Notes under the pieces: generated by a model | The model's database searches: none | What the model was told of the DNA's origin: nothing | Seen by the model: only the letters and a program-made list of their open reading frames with translations | Translations under genes and position numbers: made by a program | Shown here: positions 39,691 through 53,043 of the stretch, in pieces | Numbering within the stretch: position 1 is the first letter of the stretch | Layout of the letters: the number at the start of each line of letters is the position of its first letter | Assembly: GCA_030704615.1 (NCBI GenBank) | Contig: CM060732.1 | Coordinates: 27,776,001 to 27,840,000 of the forward strand | Origin: Takakia lepidozioides | Lineage: Eukaryota; Plantae; Bryophyta | Length of the DNA stretch: 64,000 nucleotides | Direction of reading: 5' to 3'

Positions 39691-41959
39691 AACATCACAA
39701 CGAAGATGTCCGCCAAGTTAGCTTCAAGTGAAAACTCCACATTCAGTGTACCTAATACACGCTAAGGAGGGATGAGCACCATCCATCAGTATACATAACT
39801 ACACTTCCCGGCCTGTGCGTCGTCAACAAGGAGATAACTCTCGAGAAGCTGGGCAAGGCGAAGCCACACTGCAGTTTCGAGAATTCCAAATGCATAGCAC
39901 CAGTACAGATAAGTTTTCAGCTCATATATTGCTAACAGACATAACAATAAGCCTTTGCCTTAAGAACAAGCATCAAGCTGCTCCCCGTCACACAGAAGCT
40001 ATGCAGTATGCCCAATGCCAAACCCTGCAAGAAAACACGTTAGATAAGGCCACAGCTGATTCTTTGTGTGCAATTGTCTTCAAACCCCATACAAGAGAGA
40101 GAGTGGTAAAGTCAACCTCTGTGCTATACGAAGGGGATCTGAGCAAACACCGTGGCATTAAATATAGGTGCTTGTACTTTGTGGACTGCTCTACAGTCAT
40201 GAACATTAAATCGCTTAGAGATGCCAGGCACTATCAAAGTCCACAATTGACATTTGCTGCTATGATCATGAACTCAACATCATTTCACAATGCATACTAA
40301 TTTCATTATACTCTAACCACATTGTCATTGATAAGCCCAGGTCTGAACAGAGATATGCGAAAATATGTGGACAGACTTGGTTGTGGAGCTTTGTTGTGAC
40401 CAAATACGGGCGCCCTGGTCAAGCTCAAAGCTTGAAGTCTTATCGCACTCCTCTTTGTTGTCAAGGATACTTGTCAAAACCCAAATGCAGTTTCATATTC
40501 ATACACCATCAAAGCTCACAATTGCCACTCGCCGCTATGATCAAAAACTCAAAGCAAAGACACCACAATACTGCCCTGCTCAAAGCCTGAAAGTCTCATT
40601 GCACTCTCTGTTGTCAAAGCTACTTGTAATTCGTATGTAGTATTACATCCACATACTATCATTGCTCAGACTGGCATAACTACTTTGGGCCCGGTGGCCA
40701 AATACAACCACCAACCGCAATAAAAAACAGCCAGCTAACGCCTTAGAAAGTTTGAGAAAGTACTCGCTAACTACCAGTGCACGAACCTATAGTGTATATA
40801 ATGGCATAGTGGCAGCTTACTCTCAACAGCTACATGAGATCAAAAGCGACTGAGCTCGTAATCTCGGCCTGTCTAAGGCATAGGCCTGTTGGTCAAATGA
40901 TGCATAGAACGGCTAATTTGAATCCCAGTTGGTTATGGACGCCTCAATTGCACAACCTTTTGGGAACCAAACTCAGTACTGCACAAAGCATCACATGCCA
41001 ATACCAGAAATGGCCAAAAGACAACTTCAAGCAAGAGACACACAGAAAAACCAAGATTATCTGCTCACCGTGTTACACTAATATTATGTGTTCATGAGAG
41101 GCCAGATAATGCAATCCAGATACTGTGCTTGCAGAAACTTCACACGGGTACATCTGCCCACCGGACCAGCTATTATCAGAGATCACAATCCCTGGACTAT
41201 GCTCTCATGAATCAATTGTACAGCAAGAAAGAACTATACAATAACCTTTTCCTCCGAAAATGCACATCTGCCCCTCGTCTCACTAATGCTAAGTGGTGTA
41301 GGGCAACGTTGTGCAGCCCAGACACAAGCTCAGGATCAGCAGAATATCCAACGAGGCCACTCTACTCCAGATAAACATGTCCCTCCCACCGACATCCTAC
41401 TCGCAACTATGATCAAAAGCTCAATGGGATATCACAGCATGCGGTAATACCACTCTACTATGATCACTCTACTAATGCCATGCACAGGCCTGAACAGAGC
41501 CTAAATGAAGCACCATATCCTCTACTAGCACTGCAAGATAGTTCATACCCATTGCTGCTCATACCAGTTGAAAATCCAGCGCTGGGAGATATCAACACGA
41601 TATCAAAGGCCACAATTGTCACCTGCTGTTATGATCAAAAACTTAAGACGATAGTAACCCCAATCCTGGCTACAATAGGACAGGCGGACTCAGGACCTTT
41701 GTATAGGGGCAAACTGGCTCTTCCAGTTTTGATGAAACCTTCCCAGGAACTTAATATGTTGCCACAACACACGACAACATTACTGTGCTATGATCGCACC
41801 GCGAGTGTAAAGCCCAATTGCGAACAAGGATACATGAAGAGATGTAGTGATTTCTGGGTGTGGAAATATGTGCATCACTGACTCAACCAAAATATTAACA
41901 TCACAGATCCAATTGGAATGGTGTCCCACAAGGACCCTGTCCGGGTACCTCCCACCCTC

Positions 41960-44380
41960 GTCTGTGTCACTCAAAAGTCCTCTGGGGAGCAACCAATGCT
42001 ACAGCCTCATATCAAGCGCATCTGCTCTTATCATTGACTCCCACAGCCAGGACAACAGGTCACTGCAACCACAATCATGCATTATGCAGCTGAACTGGCT
42101 CAATCAAAACATTAATATCAAATATCTAAATGGAAGGGTGTTCTATAAGGTCCATGCCCAGGCACCTCCCACCTTTGCTGGGGACTCATCCATTGCAACT
42201 CTCTATACCCAAACATTCCACAAACACTACCCTCCTCTGAAGACATATTTTATCCAAACAAAATCAAAGCCCACAAGTGCCACTCACTGTTGTGATCTAA
42301 AACTCAAAGTGGCAGTAATCTTGAATAGGCAATTCTTGGATAATTGACTGGACAAGTCAACCCACTCTAACCCAGAAATTTCGCTAACATTCTGTGCTGA
42401 AGGACAGGTATGTGTCACTCAAAGCTCGCTGTGGAGTAACCAATGCTGTAGCTACATGTCAAGCGCATTTGCTCTTATCATTGACTTCCAAAGCCTGGAC
42501 AACAGATCACAATCACAACCATGCACCATGCAGCCGGACTGGCTCAATCAAAACACTAATATCAAAGATCTAATTGGAACGGTGTTCCCCAATGACCATG
42601 TCCATGCACCTCCCACCTTTGCTGTGGACTCATCCATTAATTTCCTCGATACCCAAACATTCCACAAACACTACCCCCCTCTGACGACATGTGTTAAACA
42701 ACTCTGTATACATCCAACAACTCGTATCAATTCAACAGCACAAATGTCTAGAGAGTTCACACAGCTACCAGTTGCAGCAAATGATAAACAAACAAGGAAA
42801 TGCCAGGGACCCGTGTGCCATATCCGTATCATTCAAAGAGGCGTAGGGCCAAGGATCAAACATAGCCTGGACAATCTCTGGCAACCCTTGGTGCCACTTT
42901 CACAGGCATACACTAAGCAGCTGAGCTTGTCAAACAAAAATCCTATATCAAGGATCCAAATGGAAGGATACGCCGCAAGGACCATGCCCTTACCCTAAAG
43001 CTATGGGATAATCACTGTGCTTGAAAATTCGTCAAGCTCCTTGGACATATCATAAGAACCCAGCATAGCAAAGTGGCAGTAATCTTGGATAGGCAATTCT
43101 TGGGTAATTGCTTGAACAAGTCAATCCACTCTAACACGGAAATGAAGCTAACATCCTGTGTTGAACGACAAGTATGGGTCACTCAAAGTTCTACGTGGAG
43201 TAAGCAATGCTACAACTGCTTATCAAACACATCTGCCCTTATCATTGACTTCCAATGCCAGGACCTGAGATCACAATCACAAACATGCATTATGCAGCTG
43301 AAGTGGTGCAACCAAAATATTAACAGCAAAAATCTAATTGGAATGGTGCTACGTAAGGACCCTGTCCAGGCACCCCCACTTGTGCTGTGAACTCATCTAT
43401 CGCCAATCTCTATACCCAAACATTCCACAAACACTACTCTCCTCTGAAGACATGTGCTAAACATCCCCGTATAAATCCAACAGCCCGTACCAATTCAAAA
43501 GCACAAAGGTCTAAAGAGCTCACACGGTTACCAGCCGCAGCAAAGGATAAACAATTAGGGAAATGCAAGGAGCTGTGGGCCATATCATTATTATTCAAAG
43601 AGGCGTAGAGCCAAGAATCAAACGTAGCCTGGACAATGTCTGCCAACCTTCAGGGTCATACTCACAGACAGGCACTAAGCAGAAGAACCTGCTCAAACAA
43701 AATAACTACATCAAAGATCCAAATGTAATGGTTTGCCTCGAGGCCCCTGCCCTATCACCTTCCACTTGTGCTGTGCACTCACCTAGTGCCAATCTCTATG
43801 CCCAGAACCCAAACAAACATTACCCTGCAACAATTCCAACAGCCCGTATCAATTCAACAACACAAATGTCTAGAGAATTCACACAGCTACCAGTCGCAGC
43901 AAAGGATAAACAAATAAGGAAATGCAAGGGGCCCGTGTGACATGTTATTATTACTCAAAGAGACGCAGGGCCAGGGATCAAGCATAGCCTGGACAATTTC
44001 TACCAACCCTCGGTGCCACTGTCACAGGCATACACTAAGCAGCTGAACTTGTTCAAACAAAAAACCTATAGCATGGATCCAAAAGAAACAACACACCACA
44101 AGGACCTTACCCTTACCCTAAAGTTACGGGTGAATCACCATGCTTGAAAATTCGTCGAGCCCCCTGGACATCACATAAGCGTCCAGCATAGCAAAGTGGC
44201 AGCAATCTGGGATAGGCAACTCTTGGATAATTGCTTGAACAAGTCAATCCAATTTAACCTAGAAATGAAGCTAACATCCTGTGTTGAAGGACAAGTATGG
44301 AGCATTCAAAGTTCTATGTGGAGTAACCAATGTTACAGATGCATATCAAACGCACCTGCCCTTAGCATTGAATTCCAAAC
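41960..44380. repeat. Nested degenerate tandem duplications (0.4-1.1 kb units)
   Basis: cactcaaag...ggagtaaccaatgct...cttatcattgacttcca recurs at ~41970, 42415, 43180 and 44300; other blocks recur at 42720/43480/43840. Confidence 0.8.
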
Positions 44381-45074
44381 AATTACACGGCTTTCAAGTG
44401 CCCACCTCTCATGGAAAGAACCCCCTCCCCACTCATACGCTCACAGGTGTCTGAATACAAATCATGGCAGGTCAATGACAGCAGCCCATAGTAGTAACAC
44501 CAGTGCGGGATGGTTGGTAACAAGAAACCTACCGGCTGCACACGCCAGTCACGATTCCACACCAGCACACAATTGCAAAATAACTAACCAATCCTCCACA
44601 ACAAGTAAACTGACAAAGAAAACAGACAACCAACACAGACCCTCTTGTAAATCGCACCCCAGGGTACCAGCTGAGCTCTTCATGGAAGACCCAAAACAGT
44701 CGGAGCTCCCAGGCAACGACCCCCAAGGATTTATGCAGGCAAGGGGGCTACCTGAAAACTCCCTAATGGAAAAGGCACAAAGAAACAAACCCACATACAC
44801 GATGTCATATCAACATAAAGCATCGGTCCTCACACACCTGGTCATCTGCAAGGCTCGCTGCACAATTCCACCTGAACCACAGCCACAAATAACCCACTTC
44901 ATTCCAATTTCCCACCCCTGGCAACCCTGTTATCACCTTCAGAAATACACCACAGATATGTTATACAATGCTCACCCTTCCTGCAAGAAACAAAAATCTA
45001 CATTGCACTTTAACAAAAACGGACAAACCCAGACTCACTTGGGCCCACATCCCAGCCACTATCACTTCCTATCA

Positions 45075-45405
45075 CTGCAGAAATATCCTCTAGCTCTCTC
45101 GAGGGCTTTTGAGGACAGTACGACTCCACTGCTACATACTTTTGGGCACCTGGGCATCCGCGATCAAGTTGCAGACCAAATGTTACAAATGATCCCGCAG
45201 TTAAGGGTGCGCATTTTGAAAAGTAACCACCTTGAAGACAACGTAGCATACCTGCTTCGGTGGGGCCTGTCAAAGGAGCAAGTCGCACGAGTTTTGAGAG
45301 TGTATCCACTGTCACTGACTTTGAGCGTTCTAGAGCATACTCAGCCCACTATGAAGTTACTGAAGGAGCTAGGAGTGGCGGAGGGGAAGATGGGTAAAGT
45401 AATCT
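45075..45405 (+). pseudogene. mTERF-repeat gene fragment
   Basis: LEDNVAYLLRWGLSKEQVARVLRVYPLSLTLSVLEHTQPTMKLLKELGVAEGKMGKVI. Confidence 0.7.
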
Positions 45406-45415
45406 CTCTCTCTCT

Positions 45416-45586
45416 TGAGCAGGTAGCCCAGTGGTTGGGTGTTTGTGCCTTGCCTGTGCATAACCTGGGTGATACTGGGTTCAATCCTTCAACATGTGCC
45501 TTCAGACCGTCCATTAGGCCCTCGATGGCCTGTGTGTTGAGCAGTAGGCTCAGTAAATTCACTGGACGTTAAAGAAACTTTGTCTT
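45416..45586 (+). mobile_element. tRNA-derived SINE inserted in a CT tract
   Basis: A box TAGCCCAGTGG, B box GGGTTCAATCC; CT-rich flanks on both sides. Confidence 0.55.
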
Positions 45587-46699
45587 ATCTTCTCTCTCCT
45601 TACTACCCTGGTTACCGAGACATAACTCTTCCTTCAGCACCCAACTCGCCGGTATATCACGTAGTCATAGTAATCCTACACATACAAAAAGCTCCCTAAA
45701 GCACACTGGTATATACGACTACTGGGCGGTTCTCAACGACCTATTTCATCTTCCCCCTCCCATTCATCCAACAATGTCATCCATCTACACATTGAACCCA
45801 CTACACCCCTCACCACACATCAATCCCATCAATTCCTCCTTTGCCTTATAATAAGGGCCCCCAGGTTTGCATGGGGCCTGTCCAATAGCCACTTACCGCC
45901 AGCCCGCACTGGACCCTATCTATTTACCCAGCAACTCCAACCCCACTTCATCCATCAAGCCCTCTACTACTATCAGCCACCACAGATCAAATCAGGTGTG
46001 TAGGCACCCACCCACTCCCCCAAAAACCCCTCCGCACTTTAACTTCACACAGCCGACCCCAAGACTCAGGTAATATCATGCAGCTTCCCCATTACCGGCC
46101 AAATCGCAAAATCATGCAAGCTACCTATGCAGGCACTACCCTGCACCCAAAATGCTACAGCAGCATAAAGGCAAAAGCAGCAGGAGAACTGGAAGAGCAT
46201 GCCCCAAAAATATCCTACACTTGCAGAAATACGCCTATGACCATCCCTGTTGACATACTGCAGTATCACTCGATTCTTAATCATACAATACCATCAAAGA
46301 GCCGACCCTCTAAAAAATTCCCTTTCACATCTCAAAAATGTCCTTTCAAACATAAAAAATGCCTCTTCAAATCTCAAACGCTTCTTATCAAATCTCAAAC
46401 AACAATCAAATCCCTACCTCAAAAATATAAGAAGGTCAAACACAACTGGTCGAATGCCAGCTTCCTATCAAAAGATCAAATTGCAGCCTCCGTAGGTGCA
46501 GCCAGAGTCACCAAGTCATACGATACCATTCTCCAATCAGTGTTCTACAATCAGTGTGCGCACCGTGGCTACCTAACCTTATTAAAGGCCCAGTAACGCC
46601 CAATGACACTTTCTGGACACTGGGAATAATCAACATCATTATTACCATTCTGTTTGTCACCGAAAAAACCGCAATTCTCCGAATATCACTTTCACTGCG

Positions 46700-47720
46700 A
46701 AGTGAACTCCATGAGGCTTACCCTTCAAAACCGTCAACCCCTACCCACCCCACGTTTCACCCACACCCCCATAAGGGTTTGCTCGTGGTCATCCCCAACT
46801 AAGGAGATGAACCCTCTCCCACCACTCACCACTTCTTTGATAAGCTGGCTGGCCAGTCAAACATTCATATGGATTGGTTGGAGACCCCTATAGGATTTGG
46901 ACATGGATCCCAAAGAGTGGCATTGGAAATTCAGGCCATCCCCCAAGCCATTCTTTGAGTACACAACCCAAAAAGCCTACTCGGCAATGCTGAACCCCCA
47001 GCCCCTATTGGGTACATGGAACGAGAGATGGAGTCACCTGAATTGTCAGATTGAGAACTGGAACTCCATCTGGGGGACGATCTGGAACAAAACAAAACCA
47101 GCCAAGGTAGCAACGTTTCTCTGGCAAATAGCAAACAGGGCAAGAAAAGTGGGGGAATGGTTGGGATTTGATGCTGCCCTCCTCTGCAAATGTTGTTCGG
47201 CTGCCCTAATGGAAACAGTGGAGCACTGCCTGCTCCACTATCATGGACCAGCAGCATTTTGGCCCCTCGTCGCAAGCTTCTACCGAACTTGGGGGCACAT
47301 AAACCTCACCCCGACGGCCATTCTGCTGAATTATGACCCAAAAACAAAAACAAAAGCCAATCACTACCCAGTTTACGATACTCTTAGGAGCGCAACGCTA
47401 TGGCACCTCTGTAAAATAAGATGCGAAAAAACTTTCAATGCAAAAACAACTAGAACTTCCTCACTCCTCGCAAAAATCTACATGGACATGCAAATTGAGG
47501 CTAGGAAAGTGTGAAAAAAACTATGTGCAGATATTGAAAGAGCACGATCGGACCAACAAGCTACCTAGCTCCACTCTACCTTCATTGCGACCTGGGGGCG
47601 GGATATTATCTGCAACAGCCCCTCCCCGGATCGCTACGACTGGAACAAACTGCCCCCAAGGGCTTGGAGAGATGCCACGGGTACCGTCCATAGCCTCGCC
47701 GGAGTTTGACAAGGATATCA
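46700..47720 (+). mobile_element. L1-type LINE 3' fragment (zf-RVT)
   Basis: WGTIWN.TKPAKVATFLWQI...CKCC...ETVEHCLL...LWHLCKIRCEKTF in ORF 46897-47514. Confidence 0.8.
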
Positions 47721-48736
47721 ACTGGAAGCACGTTAAGCAATCATCAAAGGCCTCCAGGCTCAGCTTCCGCTAAGTCCTTCGGGCAAGCAATCCGCTGAAG
47801 CAAGCCTAAACCGTAGCTAGTTTTTTAATTCTACCATCTATGGTTTGAGGAACATACATTATCAAATCCGGTTCGATCGCCACCACTTCGTAGCATTACG
47901 CAAAAAGGCCTCAGGCCGGACAGTTCGTTATTACTCATCATGAGTGGTTAGGCTCCAATTCACTGGTTATGGTGTGTGTGCCTTATGGCGTAATCAGAGG
48001 GTTTAATTTTTTCCCTCCCAATAACCATCTATGTAACCACCAAAAATATTTCAGAATAAAGTTAACCAGGGCTCCAACCCTGTTAACCAAATAAATAAAT
48101 AATATTTAAGGTCTGCAACAACCAGCCGTAGAGAGTTGATTATCTCCCCCACAAAAAGCCATGTTTTATTGATGTCTCAATTACACAATTTCAGGGGAAG
48201 CATACACAAAAGTAAACCAATGAGGCAAGGCGAATTTGCAAAATATACTAAATGGACAATCTGCAATTCTAGGCAACAGCCCCCCTTTTACCCACTAAAT
48301 GGCAAAATCATGCAAGCTACCCATAGCACTATCATGCACCCAAAATGTCAATAGACAACGCAACCCGTCACCACACACATAATCCAACGCCCGTCAATAG
48401 ACCCCCCTTTATACTTATCACCGACCAGCTCTACTATTACCCACAATACCACCCCTCACTATATACTTCAACCACGCCCTTACATTATTTACCCCCCTTG
48501 TAAACCTATATACCGACCTCTGATCAAAACCTATCTTATTACCCATTGCCCACCCACAACAAATCATTCCCCACCTCTTCCCACTCATAACCCATCCACA
48601 TCCAACTGGCACCCCATCCATCCATGTATATTTCCATCCATACCCTTGTTCAGCTACATTCATCTAGGCTGGTCACCTACCTACCCTGCACACCCCACAA
48701 TGCACACTATAATCCCCCTAGCCCTACATCGCATAT

Positions 48737-51700
48737 GAAGGCTGTCATGGAACGTTCACGGGCAGCCCTGCTTGAGGCGGAGAGGGAGAGGGTGGAGCGG
48801 AATGCCTCATGTACTTTGAGCCATGGGGTGGGGTCAGAGGTGGAGGAGGGTGGTGAGAGGTGGAGGAGGGTGGTGATGACAGGGGGAGTTCATCATGGCA
48901 ACATGAGGCCGCCGCCGAGGCTGCGGCGGCGGCTATGTTATCTTTATCCCCCCGTGTTGCGGCGCCCTCTCCCTCACATGTTCATGGCAGCACCACCAGG
49001 GGTGTCTCCACCTCGACCAGGCGTCGTTTGGTGGATGTCGGCAACCTCTTGCAACTTGGCATGCCACCTCTCCCACCGAGAAGGCGACGCTCTTGGCGCA
49101 ATTGGGCATTCCTATTGCAGCGACCATTGCCTCCGACCACCAGGTAAATATATCTAATTCAATTTTGTTCTTAGTTTTGAACTTGTAAACTTTAGAAGAT
49201 GAATAGAGGTGGTTGATTCTACTGGCATGTATTTAATGATGGCACTAGTGGTCAGCCCAATGTGTCGGGAGATACAAATGGGAAAGTATGACGCCTCCCG
49301 AAGGGAGCGTAACTTATGGTGTCACTTGATCCCGAAGGGCTACTACCTTCCAACAGGAAGGTGGACACCTTCATGACATAGCAGACGGTGGTTTGAACCC
49401 ATAACCACATCCAGTTAACGTGGTATGTGCCCATTATCACTGGGCTACATACTGGTTGTCTACAAGTGGGATTAGTGGGAAGAACTCTGATGTGGTAGCG
49501 CCCAGTACTGGCAAGGGAGGGAAGACCAAGAAGCGCAGAAAGAAGGGAAAGAATGTTGTACTTCAGATCCCACCTTTAGTGGTGAATTCCTTTGGGTATC
49601 TTGTGGGGGAATTTTGGGAGGTCATGAAGAAATATGCCTTCCCAAAGGCAGCTAGTTGGTTCCTTTGGCATGTGGAGTGGACCCAACAACCATGGGTGCG
49701 TCGTAGAGAGTTTGTGGATGAGATAGAAACAGTCTTTGAGGGTCATTGGAATGAGACTCGGTTGATGGGGTTGATAAGGAAGAACATGAGGGATAAGCGA
49801 TACCATGCGAGGATGGAGATCCGGTAGGCAACAAAGAGGGGGTTTGTTCCCAGGAGGCCTCCAACCTGTTCGCATGTATGCTATCTAAATATTCGTCTCT
49901 TGTCTTTCCATTCTATTTTTCTCCCCCATGTGCAAGTTTCTTCATGCGTGCTTTCATGTATATGAAGAACTAATAAAATGAGGATGGATGTCTAGGAGTC
50001 TTGGGAGGTCCTCATTGCCGAGGAGATTGATGGCGAGAAGAAGCCGAAGTTTGTTCAGGGTCGTGAGGCAGCCACCCTCCGCCTAGAGAAGGGGGATTCC
50101 ACGCACAAATTTGGCCCGGAAGGAGCCAAATCGTTCGCCACCTGCTGTCTTCATTCCCTATCGATTTTGTTTTTTTGTTTATTTTCTTCATGTATGTCTT
50201 CGCTAATCTTGTCTCTCTCTTTCTAATGCGAAAATTTTATTTGTTTCTACTATTGTGTAGACAAAAAGATTTGGGGGACAACCCTCCCTTGAGGAGGTGG
50301 AGTATGCCAAGATCCATGGGTATGTTGGCCTCGTTACATGCATGAAGGCATGTAAGATGCTGAAGAACAGGAGGAAGAAGAAGAGGTTGTCCTCTAGGGT
50401 TCAGCCAAGTACTAAGGGTGATGACGGGGAGAACCGCGATGATAAGAGTAGCGATAGTGAGGGTACTGAGAGTGATGATAGTCATGTGACTGACACCGAT
50501 GGTGATGGTGATGACGACGATGTTGATGACGACGACGCAGCTAGTGAGGGATCTAGCCCCAGGAGTTTGGAGGACCAGGGTAAGTAGTAGGGATGATGTA
50601 CACGACCTTTGAGGTCAATTTTCGTATATATGCATGCGCATGATGTGGTGTTCTCTCATTCAGTCCCGATTTAAACTAAATCCGGACAATCCCCAAATTC
50701 CCAAAACCTAAACCTAACCCTAAACTCCCAATCCTAATCCGGGCCTCAAACCTTGGTGCGACGTCCCAGGCGTCGCAAATCTACAAAACAAAACAAACCA
50801 GACCATTTGCGATGCCCAGGTCTAGGGACCGCCCTAAAATTCTATTTTGAAATAAAAGCGTCACAGGTTTGATGCGACGCCCAGAGCGTCGCAGATGGGG
50901 GCCACCATAATGTTTTTCTCTAAAAAAAACCATCGCAGGTTTACTACGACGCCCAGGACGTCGCAGATCGAGACCACGCTAGAATTTGATTTTTAAAAAA
51001 AACGTGTCAGATTAACTGTGACACCTCTGTCGTCGCATATTGGGGCACATATTGGGGCCCCCAAAACTGTCGCAGGTTTTTCTGCACCACCTTAAAATTC
51101 AATTTGAAATAAACTCGTCGCAGATGAACTGCGATGCTTCGACCGTCGCACATTGGGGCACATATTGGGGCCCCCACAAGTGTCGTAGTTGTACTGCGAC
51201 ACTCCTGACGTTGCAGGCGGGGCACCTTTAAGAAAAACAATTATAATAATTGGAAAGAAATTTTTTTTATAAAAAAAATTACAATTACACTGGCGACACA
51301 GACGCGAGCACCTTGAAAAAGAAAAAGTCTAATTTAAAAAAAAGGTGATAAGCGTCGCAGTGAATGGATTTAACAAGAACAATTTATAATTAACAATAAT
51401 TATTTAAAAAATTGAAATAAAAATCGTTGCACAGAAACGGCGATGCCCGGGAAGACGCAGTGTGGGGGCGACGCACACGGCATCACTTTGGAATGCTACG
51501 TTGTGCACGTCGCCTGTCGGGCACCGCATACAACACCTAGGACATCGCATATGTAACCAACACCAGGAGCGTTGTAAAACTGGGGCTCCTGGGTGGCGCA
51601 ATCTATGACCCCCCTAGCGTCGCCTTAAGTCCGCAATCTGCGACGCCCCCATAGCGACGCATATGCGACGTTAGAGATGTCGCAGATTTGCGATTTTCGT

Positions 51701-51760
51701 CGGTCCGAAAATCCACGATTAGCGTCGCCTGGGGCGTCCCCCCCCCCGAACGGTGTAGTG
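48737..51760 (+). mobile_element. CACTA/EnSpm transposon right arm with TnpA-like exons and subterminal repeats
   Basis: Terminus CGGTGTAGTG (reverse complement CACTACACCG) at 51751-51760; many GCGACG/CGTCGC subterminal repeats at 50755-51730; Trp-rich TnpA-like exon 49461-49827. Left boundary uncertain. Confidence 0.7.
49284..49460 (-). mobile_element. Full-length ~177-bp tRNA-derived SINE with structured 3' end
   Basis: A box TAGCCCAGTGA, B box GGGTTCAAACC; TSD TACAAATGGGA/TACAAGTGGGA; two UUCG hairpins. Confidence 0.8.
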
Positions 51761-53043
51761 TCACCACGGCCCCAATGGACCGCGGTGAGCCCCAAGACTC
51801 CCCATGACTCCCACCACAAGGCCTCAGCCTCATGGTGAGTCCTATGTCACCCCTACTACGACTCCGTAAGCTACCACCACCCCATACGGATCCCTCACCG
51901 CAACCCGACTTGCGGGGCTCCCTTAGTGAGTGTCTCCACTCCCTTGAGCGCCTTCTACCCTAAAGGGTGCTTGAGCCCCCTTTTCTATTGCCGCCGCTCC
52001 CCCCAGTACCACAGGGGCAGCCCCTCTCGTGTCCCGACCCTTCGCCCTGAAGGCAAATGGCCGCGACACTTAACTCCTCGAGCTCAAAATCCAAGCTTAC
52101 AATTTCGTTAACATGTTGTACAAATTACATCATACTGAAACCGTAATATTCATCGACCAATTCTTTCATCTTTGGGGCCGTGAGAGCAGTTGCCAAAAGC
52201 TCTTGAGTCAACCCCAAAGTGGGATGCATTTGGAAAACAGATCGGCTACGGTCCCTTATATCGTTGTGGGCCAAAACTCTCAAAAGCAGTAGTGACGCTC
52301 CAACCAAAGGTTTGATGAGTTTCTCCAATTGACTAATTAAACATTTCGCCACCTGCAATTCCATCTACAGTAATGGTAATGGCAAGGGGGTTTGAAGTGT
52401 GAGTATCCTCAAGCTCGGGAAGGCCAGAAGTCGGTTTATCCATCGTTTCATCACCCTGTGAGTCTTGGCTGTCCTCATGGGAGGGGTGGGAGACATTTGA
52501 TAGGGGGCGCTGCCCAGGCTGCCAGAGGGGGGGTTTCCCAACAATACCAGGTTGTACATGTCAGCTCAAGCCATAAAATCAAGCCACATAGATATTTGGA
52601 CTAGTCACAGGGGTGAGAGATGATAAGACATCCAGTGATATTACATGTGTTGAGTATCATGAGTGCGGTCATAGGTCTCTATCTGATGATAGGCCCGGCT
52701 GACATCATAACAAGAAAAAAGCAGAAACGGGTTCCATTACTTATTACTTCCATATGCATTTAATGGTTATTAGTATAGGGTGATGCATTATCCCAAAAAG
52801 CTTCTAGTACCGAGGCCCTGTAATGCGAGGGCAGAGGATTACAGAGGCGAGGTACAAGAACCCCCGTGGGATAATGCCTCACCATGTGTAAAGCCCGATG
52901 GATGAGCGTTACACGTTTCCCTCGCCATGGATTCAATAGTTGGTTGAGCGTTACACATTTTTACCCTCGTTGTAGGGTTCTTATTAGATAATGGCCACTG
53001 GGTGGACCCGGCTAACGGCTGGGCCCACGAGTAGGGTCAACCG

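Noticed and set aside
44196-45572. 458-aa ORF as a real gene
   Set aside because: Chance read-through across repeat sequence, an mTERF fragment and a SINE
45799-45808. Left CACTA TIR (CACTACACCC)
   Set aside because: No subterminal repeats and the 3-bp flanks (ACC versus TCA) do not match
47881-47950. Hammerhead ribozyme on the minus strand
   Set aside because: Core reads AUGAUGA/GAAC rather than CUGAUGA/GAAA and stem III is unconvincing
52683-52735. Hammerhead ribozyme (CTGATGA...GAAAC)
   Set aside because: Stem II does not pair
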